A stretch of 64,000 nucleotides of DNA from an uncultured bacterium (GCA_965372715.1 CBDVDH010000002.1:1-64000), one strand, 5' to 3'. Counted from the first letter of the stretch, positions 1 through 10,358 are shown. Numbers and translations are program-made. The notes: generated from the letters alone by a model not told the origin.

Positions 1-60
1 TCAAAGGGCGGTGCCAGGTCACCGCCAGTGAAATCCGCCGCGCGGGGGACGCTCTCCAAA
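1..60. repeat. Right arm of a palindromic REP/REPIN-like element (truncated by window edge)
   Basis: ggcggtgccaggtcacc is repeated at 47739-47755; bases 28-60 (gtgaaatccgccgcgcgggggacgctctccaaa) match the reverse complement of 47612-47647. Confidence 0.75.
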
Positions 61-121
61 ACAACGCCCACGTCCAGCGTCCGCCAGACGTGGGCAGCTG
101 CAACTGTTTAGTCGGATAAGG

Positions 122-1018
122 TCAGGGCGTATGCAGGCCAAATGTCCAAGTGACAACAGACAGTTCGGTTATCCACTCCCCGGTGACCGGACTTGACACC
201 ACGCCTAGCCATTTGAATGTGCCAGGTGGGAACGTCTCGTCGAGCTGAACTGACTCGAGAATGTAGCCCAGCAGCACCAACTGGTCAGGAAGCGTGAACG
301 GTGTTGGCGCTATCAGTGCGCCGTATGTCGGCCAGAAGTAGTACTCGCCGAACAGCTCCACAGCAATGAAGATGTCCACTTCCACTGCGGGGCCGGGGTT
401 CGTAACGTCAGCGTAAAGGGTCATTATATCGCCTGGCACGTATGGCGTCGGGTACATCTTGTTCAACCTCAGCTCGAACGTAGGAACATCTGGCTCCTGA
501 CTAAGGAGCTCCTCAATCTTGGCAATGATCTCGTTCTCAACCGCGCCCACCCTGGCGTAGCGAATTATCCCCTCGCGATCGACGATATACAGCGTCGGGA
601 TGTACCCGGATGCGTAAGGTTGTGTCTCCCTGTTAACATCCAGCGCGAGATAATATGTGAGAGCGTGTGTGTCTTTGAAGTCCTGAAGCTGCCCGAACGT
701 CTCACGCGAGTCTGTGTCGATCCCCCAGACAACAACGCCTCGATCCTTATAGACCTGCCAGACGTTGGCCTCCATGCCCGGCGCCGAGGCATGGCAGGGG
801 CCGCACCAAGTTGCGAATAGGTCCAACACGACGATCTTGCCTGAGAAATCAAAAAGGCTGACCATGTCGCCCCCTTCGCCCTCCTCATTCAGCATCTGAA
901 CCGTGAAGTCAGGCGCCTCGTCCCCATCGTTGAACGGTGTGGGATACTGGGCGAGTCCCAGGGCGGGAACGACCATCAGCGTGCAGACAGCAAACAATAC
1001 CGAGAGTTTCGTACCCAT
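122..1018 (-). CDS. Secreted TlpA/ResA-like thioredoxin with an extra C-terminal domain
   Basis: N-terminal signal peptide; APDFT, VVLDLFATWCGPC (CxxC) and IPTLYIVDREGIIRY motifs; ~120 aa C-terminal domain shared with the genes at 41712 and 45549. Confidence 0.85.
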   Translation of the reverse strand: MGTKLSVLFAVCTLMVVPALGLAQYPTPFNDGDEAPDFTVQMLNEEGEGGDMVSLFDFSGKIVVLDLFATWCGPCHASAPGMEANVWQVYKDRGVVVWGIDTDSRETFGQLQDFKDTHALTYYLALDVNRETQPYASGYIPTLYIVDREGIIRYARVGAVENEIIAKIEELLSQEPDVPTFELRLNKMYPTPYVPGDIMTLYADVTNPGPAVEVDIFIAVELFGEYYFWPTYGALIAPTPFTLPDQLVLLGYILESVQLDETFPPGTFKWLGVVSSPVTGEWITELSVVTWTFGLHTP

Positions 1019-1173
1019 ACTCTCTTCTCCTCTTTGTTGAACTTTGACATAATCTCACCCTAATCAGGTGATCCTAGCTACCGACGACAGACTCTTATCT
1101 TCTTGCATCACCATCCTAACGGTTCTCGAACAACATAGTCAACCTCTTTTGACCATTACAAATGAAGAACGGA

Positions 1174-1734
1174 TCAAAGAGGCACACCATACTCCTCGAT
1201 GAAGAATATCTCCTCCGCTGGGCGCCTATTGGTCTTTGCCTTATTGCTCACTGTCCCGCCCCTGAATTCCGCCGCCCCTGCGGGTTCAAAGTAGCCGAAC
1301 GGCACAATGGAGAGAATCCTGATGTGCGGCGGGACCTCAAGCGCCTTGCGAACCGCTCGGGCGCTGAAGCTCAGTATCCAGACCGCGCCCAGGCCCAAGT
1401 CGTGTATTGCGAGCAGGATGTTCTGTATAGCAGCCGCCGTGTCTAAAACGAAGCAGTCGTCACGCTCGTCGTATGTCGCCCAGGTATCGTGTGGATTTGC
1501 GCACGCAACCAGCACGCCGGGAGCCTCTTCCACCCACGGCTGCTGGAAGTAGGGATCGAACGTCTTGATCTTCTCGGAATCCTGCGTCAGGATGAACCGC
1601 CAGGGCTGTCTGTTGCCACCTGACGGCGCCCACCTGGCCGCCTCAAGTATCTCACGGATTAAGTCCTGGGGAACCTCCTTGTCCAAGAACTTCCGAATGC
1701 TGCGCCTCGTTTTGATGCACTCAAGTGTCTCCAT
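1174..1734 (-). CDS. Nitroreductase family protein
   Basis: IKTRRSIRKF, APSGGNRQPWRF and LGLGAVW motifs; ATG at 1734 preceded by GGAGGAG RBS. Confidence 0.9.
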   Translation of the reverse strand: METLECIKTRRSIRKFLDKEVPQDLIREILEAARWAPSGGNRQPWRFILTQDSEKIKTFDPYFQQPWVEEAPGVLVACANPHDTWATYDERDDCFVLDTAAAIQNILLAIHDLGLGAVWILSFSARAVRKALEVPPHIRILSIVPFGYFEPAGAAEFRGGTVSNKAKTNRRPAEEIFFIEEYGVPL

Positions 1735-1886
1735 ATCGTCTCCTCCCAAAATCCTGTCGCATTTCGACCGAACCTTTGCAGCGGGCGTTGCTCACTTCCC
1801 TTTTCTCCCTTTCGCCCTTTTTCCTTCTTGTCCGCCGAAGCTCCCAGCGGAGGAGGATTCTCCCGTTTCTCCAACGGGGAAACTCC

Positions 1887-2339
1887 TCACCGTCCAGCCT
1901 TGACGACGTTGGCCTTGATATTCACCTTAGTCTTCATGGATGTGGACACGAGGCAGCGCGTCTTGGACTCGGCGAGAACGGTTCTGACGGTGTCCGGGTC
2001 CTGGTCTTCCGGGACCTCGATTTTTATGTCGATTGTGATCTGTGAGAACATGAAGTCCTCGCCCACGAACTCCAGCCGGCCTTTCGCCTCGCTCTTATAC
2101 GACGTGAACGTCACACCGCTACGCTTCGCCTGCGAGATGAACGACATCAGGACGCAGACCTCAAGCGATGAGACGAAGAGCTGCTCTGGCGTCCACATAT
2201 CGTCTGGGCTGCCCTTGCAGAAGACCGGCGGACACGCCACGGGGATGTCCGGCTTGTCCCGCGCCTGCGCCAGCCCCTGATGCTCCCTCGTCCATTCAAC
2301 CGATGTCGCGAACTCAAAGACCTTCGTGTTTTTGCCCAT
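1887..2339 (-). CDS. OsmC family protein
   Basis: PPVF-G, WTPEQLFVSSLEVC and CLVSTS motifs (two conserved Cys). Confidence 0.85.
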   Translation of the reverse strand: MGKNTKVFEFATSVEWTREHQGLAQARDKPDIPVACPPVFCKGSPDDMWTPEQLFVSSLEVCVLMSFISQAKRSGVTFTSYKSEAKGRLEFVGEDFMFSQITIDIKIEVPEDQDPDTVRTVLAESKTRCLVSTSMKTKVNIKANVVKAGR

Positions 2340-2469
2340 TGTCTCTCCAGTTTATTTGATGTTGAGGTCGGGTTTCTCGGTAAACTTTGACTCGGCGGAA
2401 GGTAGTCAACTCCGTGGACGAAAGCAAGTCAGAGGTGTTGCCGCGCGTCAGCCTGGTTGTTTGGGACTT

Positions 2470-3693
2470 TCACGCCGGGCGCGCGTTCCGCATGACCCAC
2501 TCCACCGTGCGTCGTGCAGTTCTATCAGAGACTTTCGTGTGTGTGGGGAGGTTGATGACCTCGCGTGCGGCCCTTTCGGCCTCTGGGCACGTGCCGCTTG
2601 AATAGCCAAACAGCGCGGGATTGGCCTTCTTGGGATGTATCGGACAGTCGAACCAGTCCCCCAGCTCTACGAGGCTCGAGGGTGCCTTCTTGAGGACCTG
2701 ATCCTTATTCTCCACTCGCACGGGATAGCGCACGAAGGCGACCTCGGCGTCATCCGGCACAGCCGGGGAGGGCCAGCCAGCCTGGTCCAAGGCTTGGCGA
2801 TAGACTTCGGATATGCACTTGCGATGCGACGCATTGTCGTCGAGTGCCTCGACCTCGCGCAGGCCAAGCTTCGCCTGGCCGGGGGACATGGCTTTGAAAT
2901 AGCCCTCCGGCATCTGGGTGGTGAGGTCCAGGGGACAGGATGAGCCGATCAAGAGCTTGCTCGAGAGTGCTCGGTATAGGCCCGTCACGAGGCCGGCAGT
3001 CCTCGGAAAGAACAACCAGTGATGGGCGAGGCACTGGAGCATAAGGAGGCGTTCCTCGCCTCGCGATGGCTTCACGCACTCTGCCTCCTGAAACTCCCGT
3101 ATCCGGGCAGCCAGCGACTCGTCGTTTGTGACAGCGATACCGCCCAACCCGGTCGTGTATGGCTTGTTCCACTGGCTGCTGAAGAACGAGGCGACGCCGA
3201 ACGTGCCGAGCTTCTGGCCGCGAATCGAACAACCAAGCGCATGGCAGCAGTCCTCTATCACTGGCAGGCCATGCTTCTCTGCCCAATTCAGCAGCTCATC
3301 GACAGCGGCGGGAATACCATAAGTATGTTGAATCACTAGCGCCTTCGTTTTCTTGTCGAGCGCCGCGTCAAGCTTTGAGGGGTCGATATTATAGGTGTGG
3401 GGATTGATGTCAACGTAGTTGGATTTAGCGCCGAGATAGGCCACGGCGGCAGGGACCACAACGCACGTGTACCCCGGGAGAATGACTGAGTCGTCCTCAC
3501 CAACCCCCAGCGCCTTCAGAATAGCGTATAGAGCCACTCTACCCTTCCAAAAACTGAAAGCGAAGCGCGTCCCCAGCCAATCGGCGAAGGCGGCCTCGTA
3601 TTTCTGAATGGCCTCGAGCCGGGACTTGCTGCCGAGGGCGAGAATTTCCGACAGCAACAGGCGCCCCTTGGAACGTTCGTGGATGATGCTCAT
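2470..3693 (-). CDS. DegT/DnrJ/EryC1/StrS family PLP-dependent aminotransferase
   Basis: VILPGYTC, VIEDCCHALG, FFSSQWNKP (PLP Lys), GGIAVTND and NLPTH motifs. Confidence 0.9.
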   Translation of the reverse strand: MSIIHERSKGRLLLSEILALGSKSRLEAIQKYEAAFADWLGTRFAFSFWKGRVALYAILKALGVGEDDSVILPGYTCVVVPAAVAYLGAKSNYVDINPHTYNIDPSKLDAALDKKTKALVIQHTYGIPAAVDELLNWAEKHGLPVIEDCCHALGCSIRGQKLGTFGVASFFSSQWNKPYTTGLGGIAVTNDESLAARIREFQEAECVKPSRGEERLLMLQCLAHHWLFFPRTAGLVTGLYRALSSKLLIGSSCPLDLTTQMPEGYFKAMSPGQAKLGLREVEALDDNASHRKCISEVYRQALDQAGWPSPAVPDDAEVAFVRYPVRVENKDQVLKKAPSSLVELGDWFDCPIHPKKANPALFGYSSGTCPEAERAAREVINLPTHTKVSDRTARRTVEWVMRNARPA

Positions 3694-4832
3694 TCCGTCC
3701 CCCGCACGGGTTTCCAGCGCCCTGATTTCTTGCCCGACAGGAACCTGAGAACACCCAGCAAGGCAGCAGTGTTGACCACGCAGAAGGAAAGCGGTATCGC
3801 CGTCATCCTTGAGCTCCGACCTACCTTTTCCAAGATCAGACCGATGATGGCGAGCATGTAGAAGAGAGACTGGGCCGTGAGAGTGATCTTGTAGAACGGC
3901 TCACCGAGAAGGCAGCAATTGGCGACGAATATCCCTATCAGGAAGAAAGGGACCAGCCATCGCAACAGCTTGTGCGAGATCAAGCCCCATGAGTAGAGCG
4001 GGTACTTCAGAGGATTCAATATGGCTCGATGAAGCCAGAGCCCTCGCAAATCCTTCGATACGATTCTTGCCTTAACGCTTAAGGGGCCTTTGACACCGCT
4101 GGGTAGGAGCCTCCCCCAGACTTCGGAAGCGCCCTCGACTACGGATATGAATCCTTTTCGGCAAACCAAAAGGGGAAGCGCGAAATCGTCACCGACATTC
4201 GCCTGCAGTGGCTCTAGAAGGTCGCGCCTGATCCCGATCAGCCAGCCTGACCCCATGGCGAGGCAACCAAGGTCGCTTTCCCATTGCCTCAAAGCCCGTT
4301 CATACTTCCAATACACGCGTTCCCCGGCTGACTGACTGCTACCAGACGAAGCGGAAGCCGGTTGGCAGGTTACGAAACCCACTTGAGGATCAGCAAATGA
4401 GCGCACGAACAGCCTGAGGGCGTCCGGCTTGGCCATTATGTCCGCGTCTGTAAACACGATTATCTCCCCGGACGCCTCAGCCATCCCGGCGTTCTGCGCC
4501 TCACTCTTGCCCATGTTGGTTGGCAGGGCGATCACCTTGACGCCCTCATTCTCATATTTGCGAGCGATCTCCTCAGTTCGGTCGGTAGAGCCATCCGAGA
4601 CCACGATGATCTCCATCTTATCTCTGGGATAGTCCAGCGCGAGCGTGTTCTCGATCTTCTCTGCAATCGACGCCTCCTCGTTGTATGCGCCGACGATGAT
4701 GGAGATGCGCGGCTCGATGGCGGGCTTGGCGACACAAAAAGGCCTCAGCTTGGAAAGCACGAAGACGCAGACCGGGTAGCAGAAGTACACGTAAGTGATT
4801 ATGCCGAGTAGTATCCAGAACAGAATGAACAA
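3690..4832 (-). CDS. Membrane GT2 glycosyltransferase (CESA-like)
   Basis: SIIVGAYNEE, VSDGSTD, FTDAD and SHKLLRW motifs; N- and C-terminal TM segments. Confidence 0.9.
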   Translation of the reverse strand: MFILFWILLGIITYVYFCYPVCVFVLSKLRPFCVAKPAIEPRISIIVGAYNEEASIAEKIENTLALDYPRDKMEIIVVSDGSTDRTEEIARKYENEGVKVIALPTNMGKSEAQNAGMAEASGEIIVFTDADIMAKPDALRLFVRSFADPQVGFVTCQPASASSGSSQSAGERVYWKYERALRQWESDLGCLAMGSGWLIGIRRDLLEPLQANVGDDFALPLLVCRKGFISVVEGASEVWGRLLPSGVKGPLSVKARIVSKDLRGLWLHRAILNPLKYPLYSWGLISHKLLRWLVPFFLIGIFVANCCLLGEPFYKITLTAQSLFYMLAIIGLILEKVGRSSRMTAIPLSFCVVNTAALLGVLRFLSGKKSGRWKPVRGTE

Positions 4833-4869
4833 GTCCTAACCTCTTAGGAAGCCCTGCGGATGCTCAGGA

Positions 4870-6234
4870 TTAAGTCCGCTGAGGCTTCGACCACTCGGAG
4901 ACAAAGTCTCGAAACTTGCCTGAAGGCGACCGGGGCATCCAGCCCACATAATCATGTCGCACAGAGAAGCCCGGCCCCAGTTGCCCTTTGATCTTTTGAA
5001 GCGCTTTCAAAAACTCTTTCTCAATGAAGCGTTCGCCCTTGACGATACGGACAACAATATCAGTCTCGGTTTCTCTAACGACCTGGAATCTGTTCACCTC
5101 GCAGCCCTTCGCCTCCAGGCCGCAGAAAGCGTAGTAGAAGAGTATAGTGTGTATCTTCCTGCCATCTGGTGTCTCTATGAAATCAGACGCCCGACCCTGG
5201 ATTCCCGCCAGGATAGGAAGCGCCCGCCCGCACCCGCAGCGTTCGCCGTTCCCAAATGACGCTATGTCACCCAAGTCGTAGCGTATGATGGGCATTACGT
5301 AGTTGTGCAAGTCGGTGACAAGAACCCTGCCTCCCCCATTAGCGTCAACAGCATCAGCAACGGGTTCGATTTCGACATAAACACATTCCACTGGAATGTG
5401 CAGATTCCCTTCGGGGCACTCGAAGGCAATGATCCCTGATTCCGTGGACCCATATTCATTGACGGTCGGGCAGCCGAACGCATCCTGGATGGCCTCTCTG
5501 AAGTGGTTGTGAAGCGTCTCAGATGTCGTTTTGACCATTCTGAAACCGAATCGTTTCCCGTCGATTCCGTGGTCGAGAAGAAATCGAGCGAACTCGTACG
5601 CCAGACTGGCATAACCGAACAGATAGCTAGGCGAAAACCGTTCAATGACCGCGATGAATTGCCTGACGCGGGCCTCATCCAGCGAATACGCGGGAAGCCT
5701 GCGTCGGTTCATCAGGTAGTCCTTGATAGCCTCCTTAACCTTGGACCCGCTTCTTAGGGATTGGCCCCAAATCCTCACTTCGCGCTCCGCCACATCCACA
5801 CCGAACCAACGGTGGCCTCTATACATCGCGGCCCGGTGATGCGCGGTGGATAGCCGCGACCTCAGCACCGTCAATGGTGTGCCGGTCGAACCAGAGGTTG
5901 CGAGGCCGTCGTATCTCTGCGTCGCGCTGTGCGCCCTAAGCTCATCGAAATTGAGATAGATATCCTCTTTTGTAAGTGGACTGACACAGGCGAGCTCGGA
6001 AGGCTCTGTCATCTCGCGCGGCAGCACGCACGCCTCATCAAACCGCCCTCTGTAAAAGGGGACGTTCTCATAGGCGTGCTCAAGCAGCGCCTTCAGTCTC
6101 TTCCACTGAAGCTGCTGGAGCTCGTCTTGAGAGAGCCATTGGGTCCGCTCGAGCTCCTTGAGGTATCGGAGTGTGGGTTCACGACGCAGAAGCCCGTAGG
6201 TTCTATATGCCAGTTTTGCGAGTCGATTGTTCAT
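4870..6234 (-). CDS. Phenylacetate-CoA ligase family (CapK-like) adenylate-forming enzyme
   Basis: HAYENVPFY, TSGSTGTP, NEYGSTE, MPIIRYDLGD and SGKFR motifs. Confidence 0.9.
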   Translation of the reverse strand: MNNRLAKLAYRTYGLLRREPTLRYLKELERTQWLSQDELQQLQWKRLKALLEHAYENVPFYRGRFDEACVLPREMTEPSELACVSPLTKEDIYLNFDELRAHSATQRYDGLATSGSTGTPLTVLRSRLSTAHHRAAMYRGHRWFGVDVAEREVRIWGQSLRSGSKVKEAIKDYLMNRRRLPAYSLDEARVRQFIAVIERFSPSYLFGYASLAYEFARFLLDHGIDGKRFGFRMVKTTSETLHNHFREAIQDAFGCPTVNEYGSTESGIIAFECPEGNLHIPVECVYVEIEPVADAVDANGGGRVLVTDLHNYVMPIIRYDLGDIASFGNGERCGCGRALPILAGIQGRASDFIETPDGRKIHTILFYYAFCGLEAKGCEVNRFQVVRETETDIVVRIVKGERFIEKEFLKALQKIKGQLGPGFSVRHDYVGWMPRSPSGKFRDFVSEWSKPQRT

Positions 6235-6465
6235 GCGCTCGCCGCTAAACAGGTTCGGTGCCGGTCTCCAGCAAGGCGCCGCGCCTCCGGAACGCCTCCT
6301 TGCTCAAGCATTAGCTTTCCTTCAGCTCGGTGAAGTAGCGCCGGAATTCGCCTCTGTATGGCCTGTGTCTGATTACCGGGCGATAGCTGAAGCTGTAATG
6401 TTCGGGGCCCCCAACAGGTTGCCGATTATATCTTCTCTGCCCAAGCTCTGCCATTCTCCCCCTTT

Positions 6466-7644
6466 TCACTGTGACACCTTCGGCTCCGCCGTGAAGGAGC
6501 CGTAACGCCTGCGTTTCTGCTCGAGAGCATCCTCTACGATCTGCTCAAACCAATCCGCGTGTCGCCCAATGTTCCTGCTCAGTTCAAACTCGCTCAAGAA
6601 TCTCTCCCTGCCGTTTCTACCCATTCGCTCGCGCAATTCAGCGGATGATAGCAAGATCTTGAGCTTTGCCGCGAGCGACTCAGGATCGTCGGGTGGAACG
6701 AGAAAGCCATCTACCCCGTCCCTGATGATCTCAGGGATCGGGCCCACGTTTGAGGCGATCACGGCTGTTCCCGTCGACATGGAATCCACGCTTACATGCC
6801 CAAAGGCCTCAGCTCTGCTCGCCACGACAGTTACATGCGCCGATCCAACTCTTGCCAGAACGCGTGCGTAAGGCAAATTGCCCAAGAACGAACACCTTTC
6901 CCCAATTCCTAGGCGGCCAGCTAGGGCAGTGTAATGGCCATACAATGGCCCTTGGCCGATGAACTCAGCCTGAAGCCGCGGCATCTGCTCCCTCAGCAGC
7001 CAAACCGCTTTGATCAGAGTATCCTGCCCTTTCGATGGATAGAGCCTGCCTACAGATACCACGGTGTTGGCTCTCTCCCGAGATCCACCTGAAGATCCTT
7101 TCGTCTTGAGGGGGTCTTGCATTAGATAGGGTAACACGTGGTACTTTCGCGCGGGCACTCCGTATTCTCTCGACACGTCCTCGCGTGTCGCATTCGAGTT
7201 TGGCACAATATGCGTGGATAGCATATACACCATTCGTGTTCTGAGCCTCTGGTAGGTCGCCTTCCAAAGCGGAATAGGGGGGGTATCCATAGCAATCTGA
7301 CAAGTCAGGGTGTGAACCCAGGCCGACCGACAAGGGACCCTCATCAGCCAACCTACAACCATCATCACGTTGACGGCACCGGAGCTGGCGATCAGACAGC
7401 TGGGCCTGTGGTCTTTGACAAGCCGCTGAAGAAAGAGGAAATCCGCAGGCCTGGTTGGCCTCACAGAGGGCCATACATAGATGCCGGGATTTGATTCGTG
7501 GTCCTCGGCCTCCTTCTGCTGCCCTCCGATTAAGAAAAGAACTCGGTGCCCACGCGCGGCCAACTTCTCTCCCAATCCCCTGTAGTAAGCATGAGCGGGG
7601 TGATTACCCAAGCCTGCAGAGACGAAGTAACACGAGCGCATCAC
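6466..7644 (-). CDS. GT4 glycosyltransferase
   Basis: VGRLYPSKG, SRAEAFG and DGFLVPPDD motifs. Confidence 0.9.
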   Translation of the reverse strand: MMRSCYFVSAGLGNHPAHAYYRGLGEKLAARGHRVLFLIGGQQKEAEDHESNPGIYVWPSVRPTRPADFLFLQRLVKDHRPSCLIASSGAVNVMMVVGWLMRVPCRSAWVHTLTCQIAMDTPPIPLWKATYQRLRTRMVYMLSTHIVPNSNATREDVSREYGVPARKYHVLPYLMQDPLKTKGSSGGSRERANTVVSVGRLYPSKGQDTLIKAVWLLREQMPRLQAEFIGQGPLYGHYTALAGRLGIGERCSFLGNLPYARVLARVGSAHVTVVASRAEAFGHVSVDSMSTGTAVIASNVGPIPEIIRDGVDGFLVPPDDPESLAAKLKILLSSAELRERMGRNGRERFLSEFELSRNIGRHADWFEQIVEDALEQKRRRYGSFTAEPKVSQ

Positions 7645-7750
7645 TGCACATGCTCCTTTCGAGGTCCAGAAGTAGCTTTCTTGGCATAGTACGCTATCTG
7701 GGCAGTCTCACTCTTCTTGAACTGGCTTAAAGCCGAAAGCTCGCGCACGC

Positions 7751-8887
7751 CTACCACGATCGACTACCTTTCTCAAGCACGTCACGGTACACTGCCTCGT
7801 AACCGTCCAGGAAGCCGCTGACCGTAAACTGGCCTGCGCGATCAAGGGCCGCGCGGGACATTTGCTGTGTGAGTTGCGGGTCTGACAGGACCTTTACAAT
7901 AGCATTCGCCAGAGCTTTGGGATTTCCGGTGGGCACAATCATCCCTGCATCTCCGAGAGCCTCGACGACCCCCGGGTGATCGCTGCCGACTATCGGCAAG
8001 CCGGAGGCCATTGCTTCTAGAACTACGTTTGGAAGACCCTCGCTGAAGGACGGGAAGGCCAGTAAGTCTATTGCAGAGTAAAACACTCTAGCGTCGTCAG
8101 CCCAGCCAATGAAGAGGGCAACATCCCCCAAGCCGAGCGATTGGGCCTCAGCCTTTAGCGCTGGCAAGTAGACTCTGTGGCCTCCTGCGAAGGCAAACAC
8201 GACGTCAGGCTGGGACCTTAGCACCTGTGTTGCAGCCGCCAGCAGGATGCCGGGCCCCTTGCTAGGCGACAGACGTGATATGAAGCCAACAACCCTAGCT
8301 CGCGCCGGAAGGCCAAGCGACTCTCTAGCCTCTGGTTGAGGGAATACTCCGGGACGAAAGAAAGTCACATCTACAGCATTGTGGATCACTCTGACTTGCC
8401 TGCGTCCAAGGGATGCAGCATAGCGCACTAGGGCCTTGGATGCGCAGGAATTCGCGGTATACACGTCCACAAGCCGGAACGGGGCAAGAGTGGTCACGCA
8501 CATCTTAAGAGCTGACAGTGTCCTCCGCGTCGCGGAGCACGGCATCGTCAGAATCGTTCCGCGTAGGCGGCCCAGCCGGCTCCCAATAAGCTGGGCTGTT
8601 AGGTTTCTGAGCATGTTCACATGCAGAATGTCGATTTCCTGCTCCCTTAGCGTGTTCGCAAAGTCTTGAACATAATGTCTCCAGTCCTGCCCGCGACGCG
8701 GGATCTGGACCATGGGAACGCCTGCTTTCACCATTTTGGGAGCGAGGCCCCCAAGTCCACTATCAACCAGGCAGCATACCACCGGCTCGTAAACACCCCG
8801 CTCGACTAGCCCCTGGGCCAGCAGGCTGACGCGCGTTTCTACGCCCCCAAAACCCATGTTGCCGGTGGTCAGCATTACCCTCACCAT
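7751..8887 (-). CDS. GT4 glycosyltransferase
   Basis: GGVE, ISRLSPSKG and EGLPNVVLEAMASG motifs; alternative upstream ATG at 8920. Confidence 0.9.
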   Translation of the reverse strand: MVRVMLTTGNMGFGGVETRVSLLAQGLVERGVYEPVVCCLVDSGLGGLAPKMVKAGVPMVQIPRRGQDWRHYVQDFANTLREQEIDILHVNMLRNLTAQLIGSRLGRLRGTILTMPCSATRRTLSALKMCVTTLAPFRLVDVYTANSCASKALVRYAASLGRRQVRVIHNAVDVTFFRPGVFPQPEARESLGLPARARVVGFISRLSPSKGPGILLAAATQVLRSQPDVVFAFAGGHRVYLPALKAEAQSLGLGDVALFIGWADDARVFYSAIDLLAFPSFSEGLPNVVLEAMASGLPIVGSDHPGVVEALGDAGMIVPTGNPKALANAIVKVLSDPQLTQQMSRAALDRAGQFTVSGFLDGYEAVYRDVLEKGSRSW

Positions 8888-8888
8888 T

Positions 8889-10076
8889 TCAAAGCTCCCT
8901 GTCAGATGAGTCTGTGTCATTGCCCCTCGGGACAGCAGACGGGGGATCGCAGTTCATAAACGGCATACTTCTTGAACGCTCGGCTCTGACATCGAGGTAA
9001 AGGGTCACCGTCTCTGCAAAGTAATCTGGGTGCTCAAAAGTTCCCAATTGCATCTCGATCTCCTCTTTGTGCTTCAACGCATATTCAACCTTCTGGGCAA
9101 GGTCCTCGGCATCTCCTTTCTTAAACAGTATCGAACCCTCCGGGCGAAAATCTGTATCGCTCGCGACCATAGGCTTGCAGAGCGCCAAGCCCTCGCGAAC
9201 GAATGACGCATCGCCATCGTTCATCGTTGGTCTGACTAACACGTCAGCGAACTCTTTGAAGATACTTATGACCTCTGGATGCGGGACGTCCACAGCGAGG
9301 AATACGTCCTTGGAAAGGCCCTTTGATGCGATCATCTGGAGGCAGTCCTCCTCCTTGTCCCCGCTTCCCACAATAACCATGCCGACCTTGGGAAGCCGTT
9401 GCTTTAACTGAGGAAATGCGAGAATCGGTGTTTGCCACCCACCTGATGATTGAATCTCCAGCCTCGGTCCTGCAACAACGACAGGGCTGTGAGATTCGCA
9501 GAACTCGAGCACATCCTTCGATATCTCCGCTCGCGGCATGCTTCTGGGCAGGTAGGCGAGGCAGAAGACCGGGATCAATGAAGTTCGCTCTCTCGGAACC
9601 CCAAGAGACTCGACGACCTCCCTGATTGAGTCGTTGATGCAGATAACGCGGTGAGGAAAGGTAAGACCTAGTCTAGCAGCAAGCCTTGTTATGACCCGAT
9701 ACCTTCGCACCTTGCCTGGGAAACTTCCCCCATGGATGGATAGCACGACCTTTCTTCCGATCAATCTGCAAAACATGCAAAGCACCAGACTACCCCAAAA
9801 ACTCCAGCTACTTGAGGCGTTTACGTGGACTAAATCCGAGCTATTGACGAGAAGTAGCCACATCGAGGAGAAGTACTTGAGCAATCGTCCCCCAGCCGGA
9901 GCAAGGACATGGCTGGCCTTACACTCTCGCTTCTCCGGGCTCATGTTGATCACCTTGCACCGAAACCCTTTTTTAAGAAGATAAGCTGAAAACCGCTCCG
10001 CGTAGATCGGCATTCCGACATAAGGAGGCGGATAGCCGCAGACGATCGTTACTGCTCTGGATTCACTTCTGTGCAC
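8889..10076 (-). CDS. GT4 glycosyltransferase
   Basis: YPPPYVG, IHGG, DGDASFVREGL and ASD motifs. Confidence 0.8.
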   Translation of the reverse strand: MHRSESRAVTIVCGYPPPYVGMPIYAERFSAYLLKKGFRCKVINMSPEKRECKASHVLAPAGGRLLKYFSSMWLLLVNSSDLVHVNASSSWSFWGSLVLCMFCRLIGRKVVLSIHGGSFPGKVRRYRVITRLAARLGLTFPHRVICINDSIREVVESLGVPRERTSLIPVFCLAYLPRSMPRAEISKDVLEFCESHSPVVVAGPRLEIQSSGGWQTPILAFPQLKQRLPKVGMVIVGSGDKEEDCLQMIASKGLSKDVFLAVDVPHPEVISIFKEFADVLVRPTMNDGDASFVREGLALCKPMVASDTDFRPEGSILFKKGDAEDLAQKVEYALKHKEEIEMQLGTFEHPDYFAETVTLYLDVRAERSRSMPFMNCDPPSAVPRGNDTDSSDREL

Positions 10077-10121
10077 GATATGGCCCTAACATCGGGTCGG
10101 TTTGTATCTCGCTCAATCTAG

Positions 10122-10358
10122 TCATTTTTCCCCTACGTATTTTAGATGGTCGTCTCTTATCGCCATGATGACGGTGATATTCCTCGCTATTTTAATCCTC
10201 CAACGTCGTGAATTCCCGAGCAGGATCTGTGCCGAGACGCAAGACCCGCGTCCTGCAGTCCAGGATATTTCCCGGCGGGCGAATTCCCAGAGCTTGGTTT
10301 CATTTTCTCTAATCCGGTAATCCAGACTCTCGCAGAGCGGACAGTGATTTCTAATCAT
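10122..10358 (-). pseudogene. Probable collapsed gene remnant with an N-terminal CxxC (as in some SAM methyltransferases)
   Basis: ATG with RBS overlapping the end of the Wzy/WaaL gene; MIRNHCPLCES start; only 78 aa with no complete domain. Confidence 0.35.

Noticed and set aside
1848-1892. Hairpin after osmC as an intrinsic terminator
   Set aside because: A stem is present but lacks a U-tract on the coding strand.
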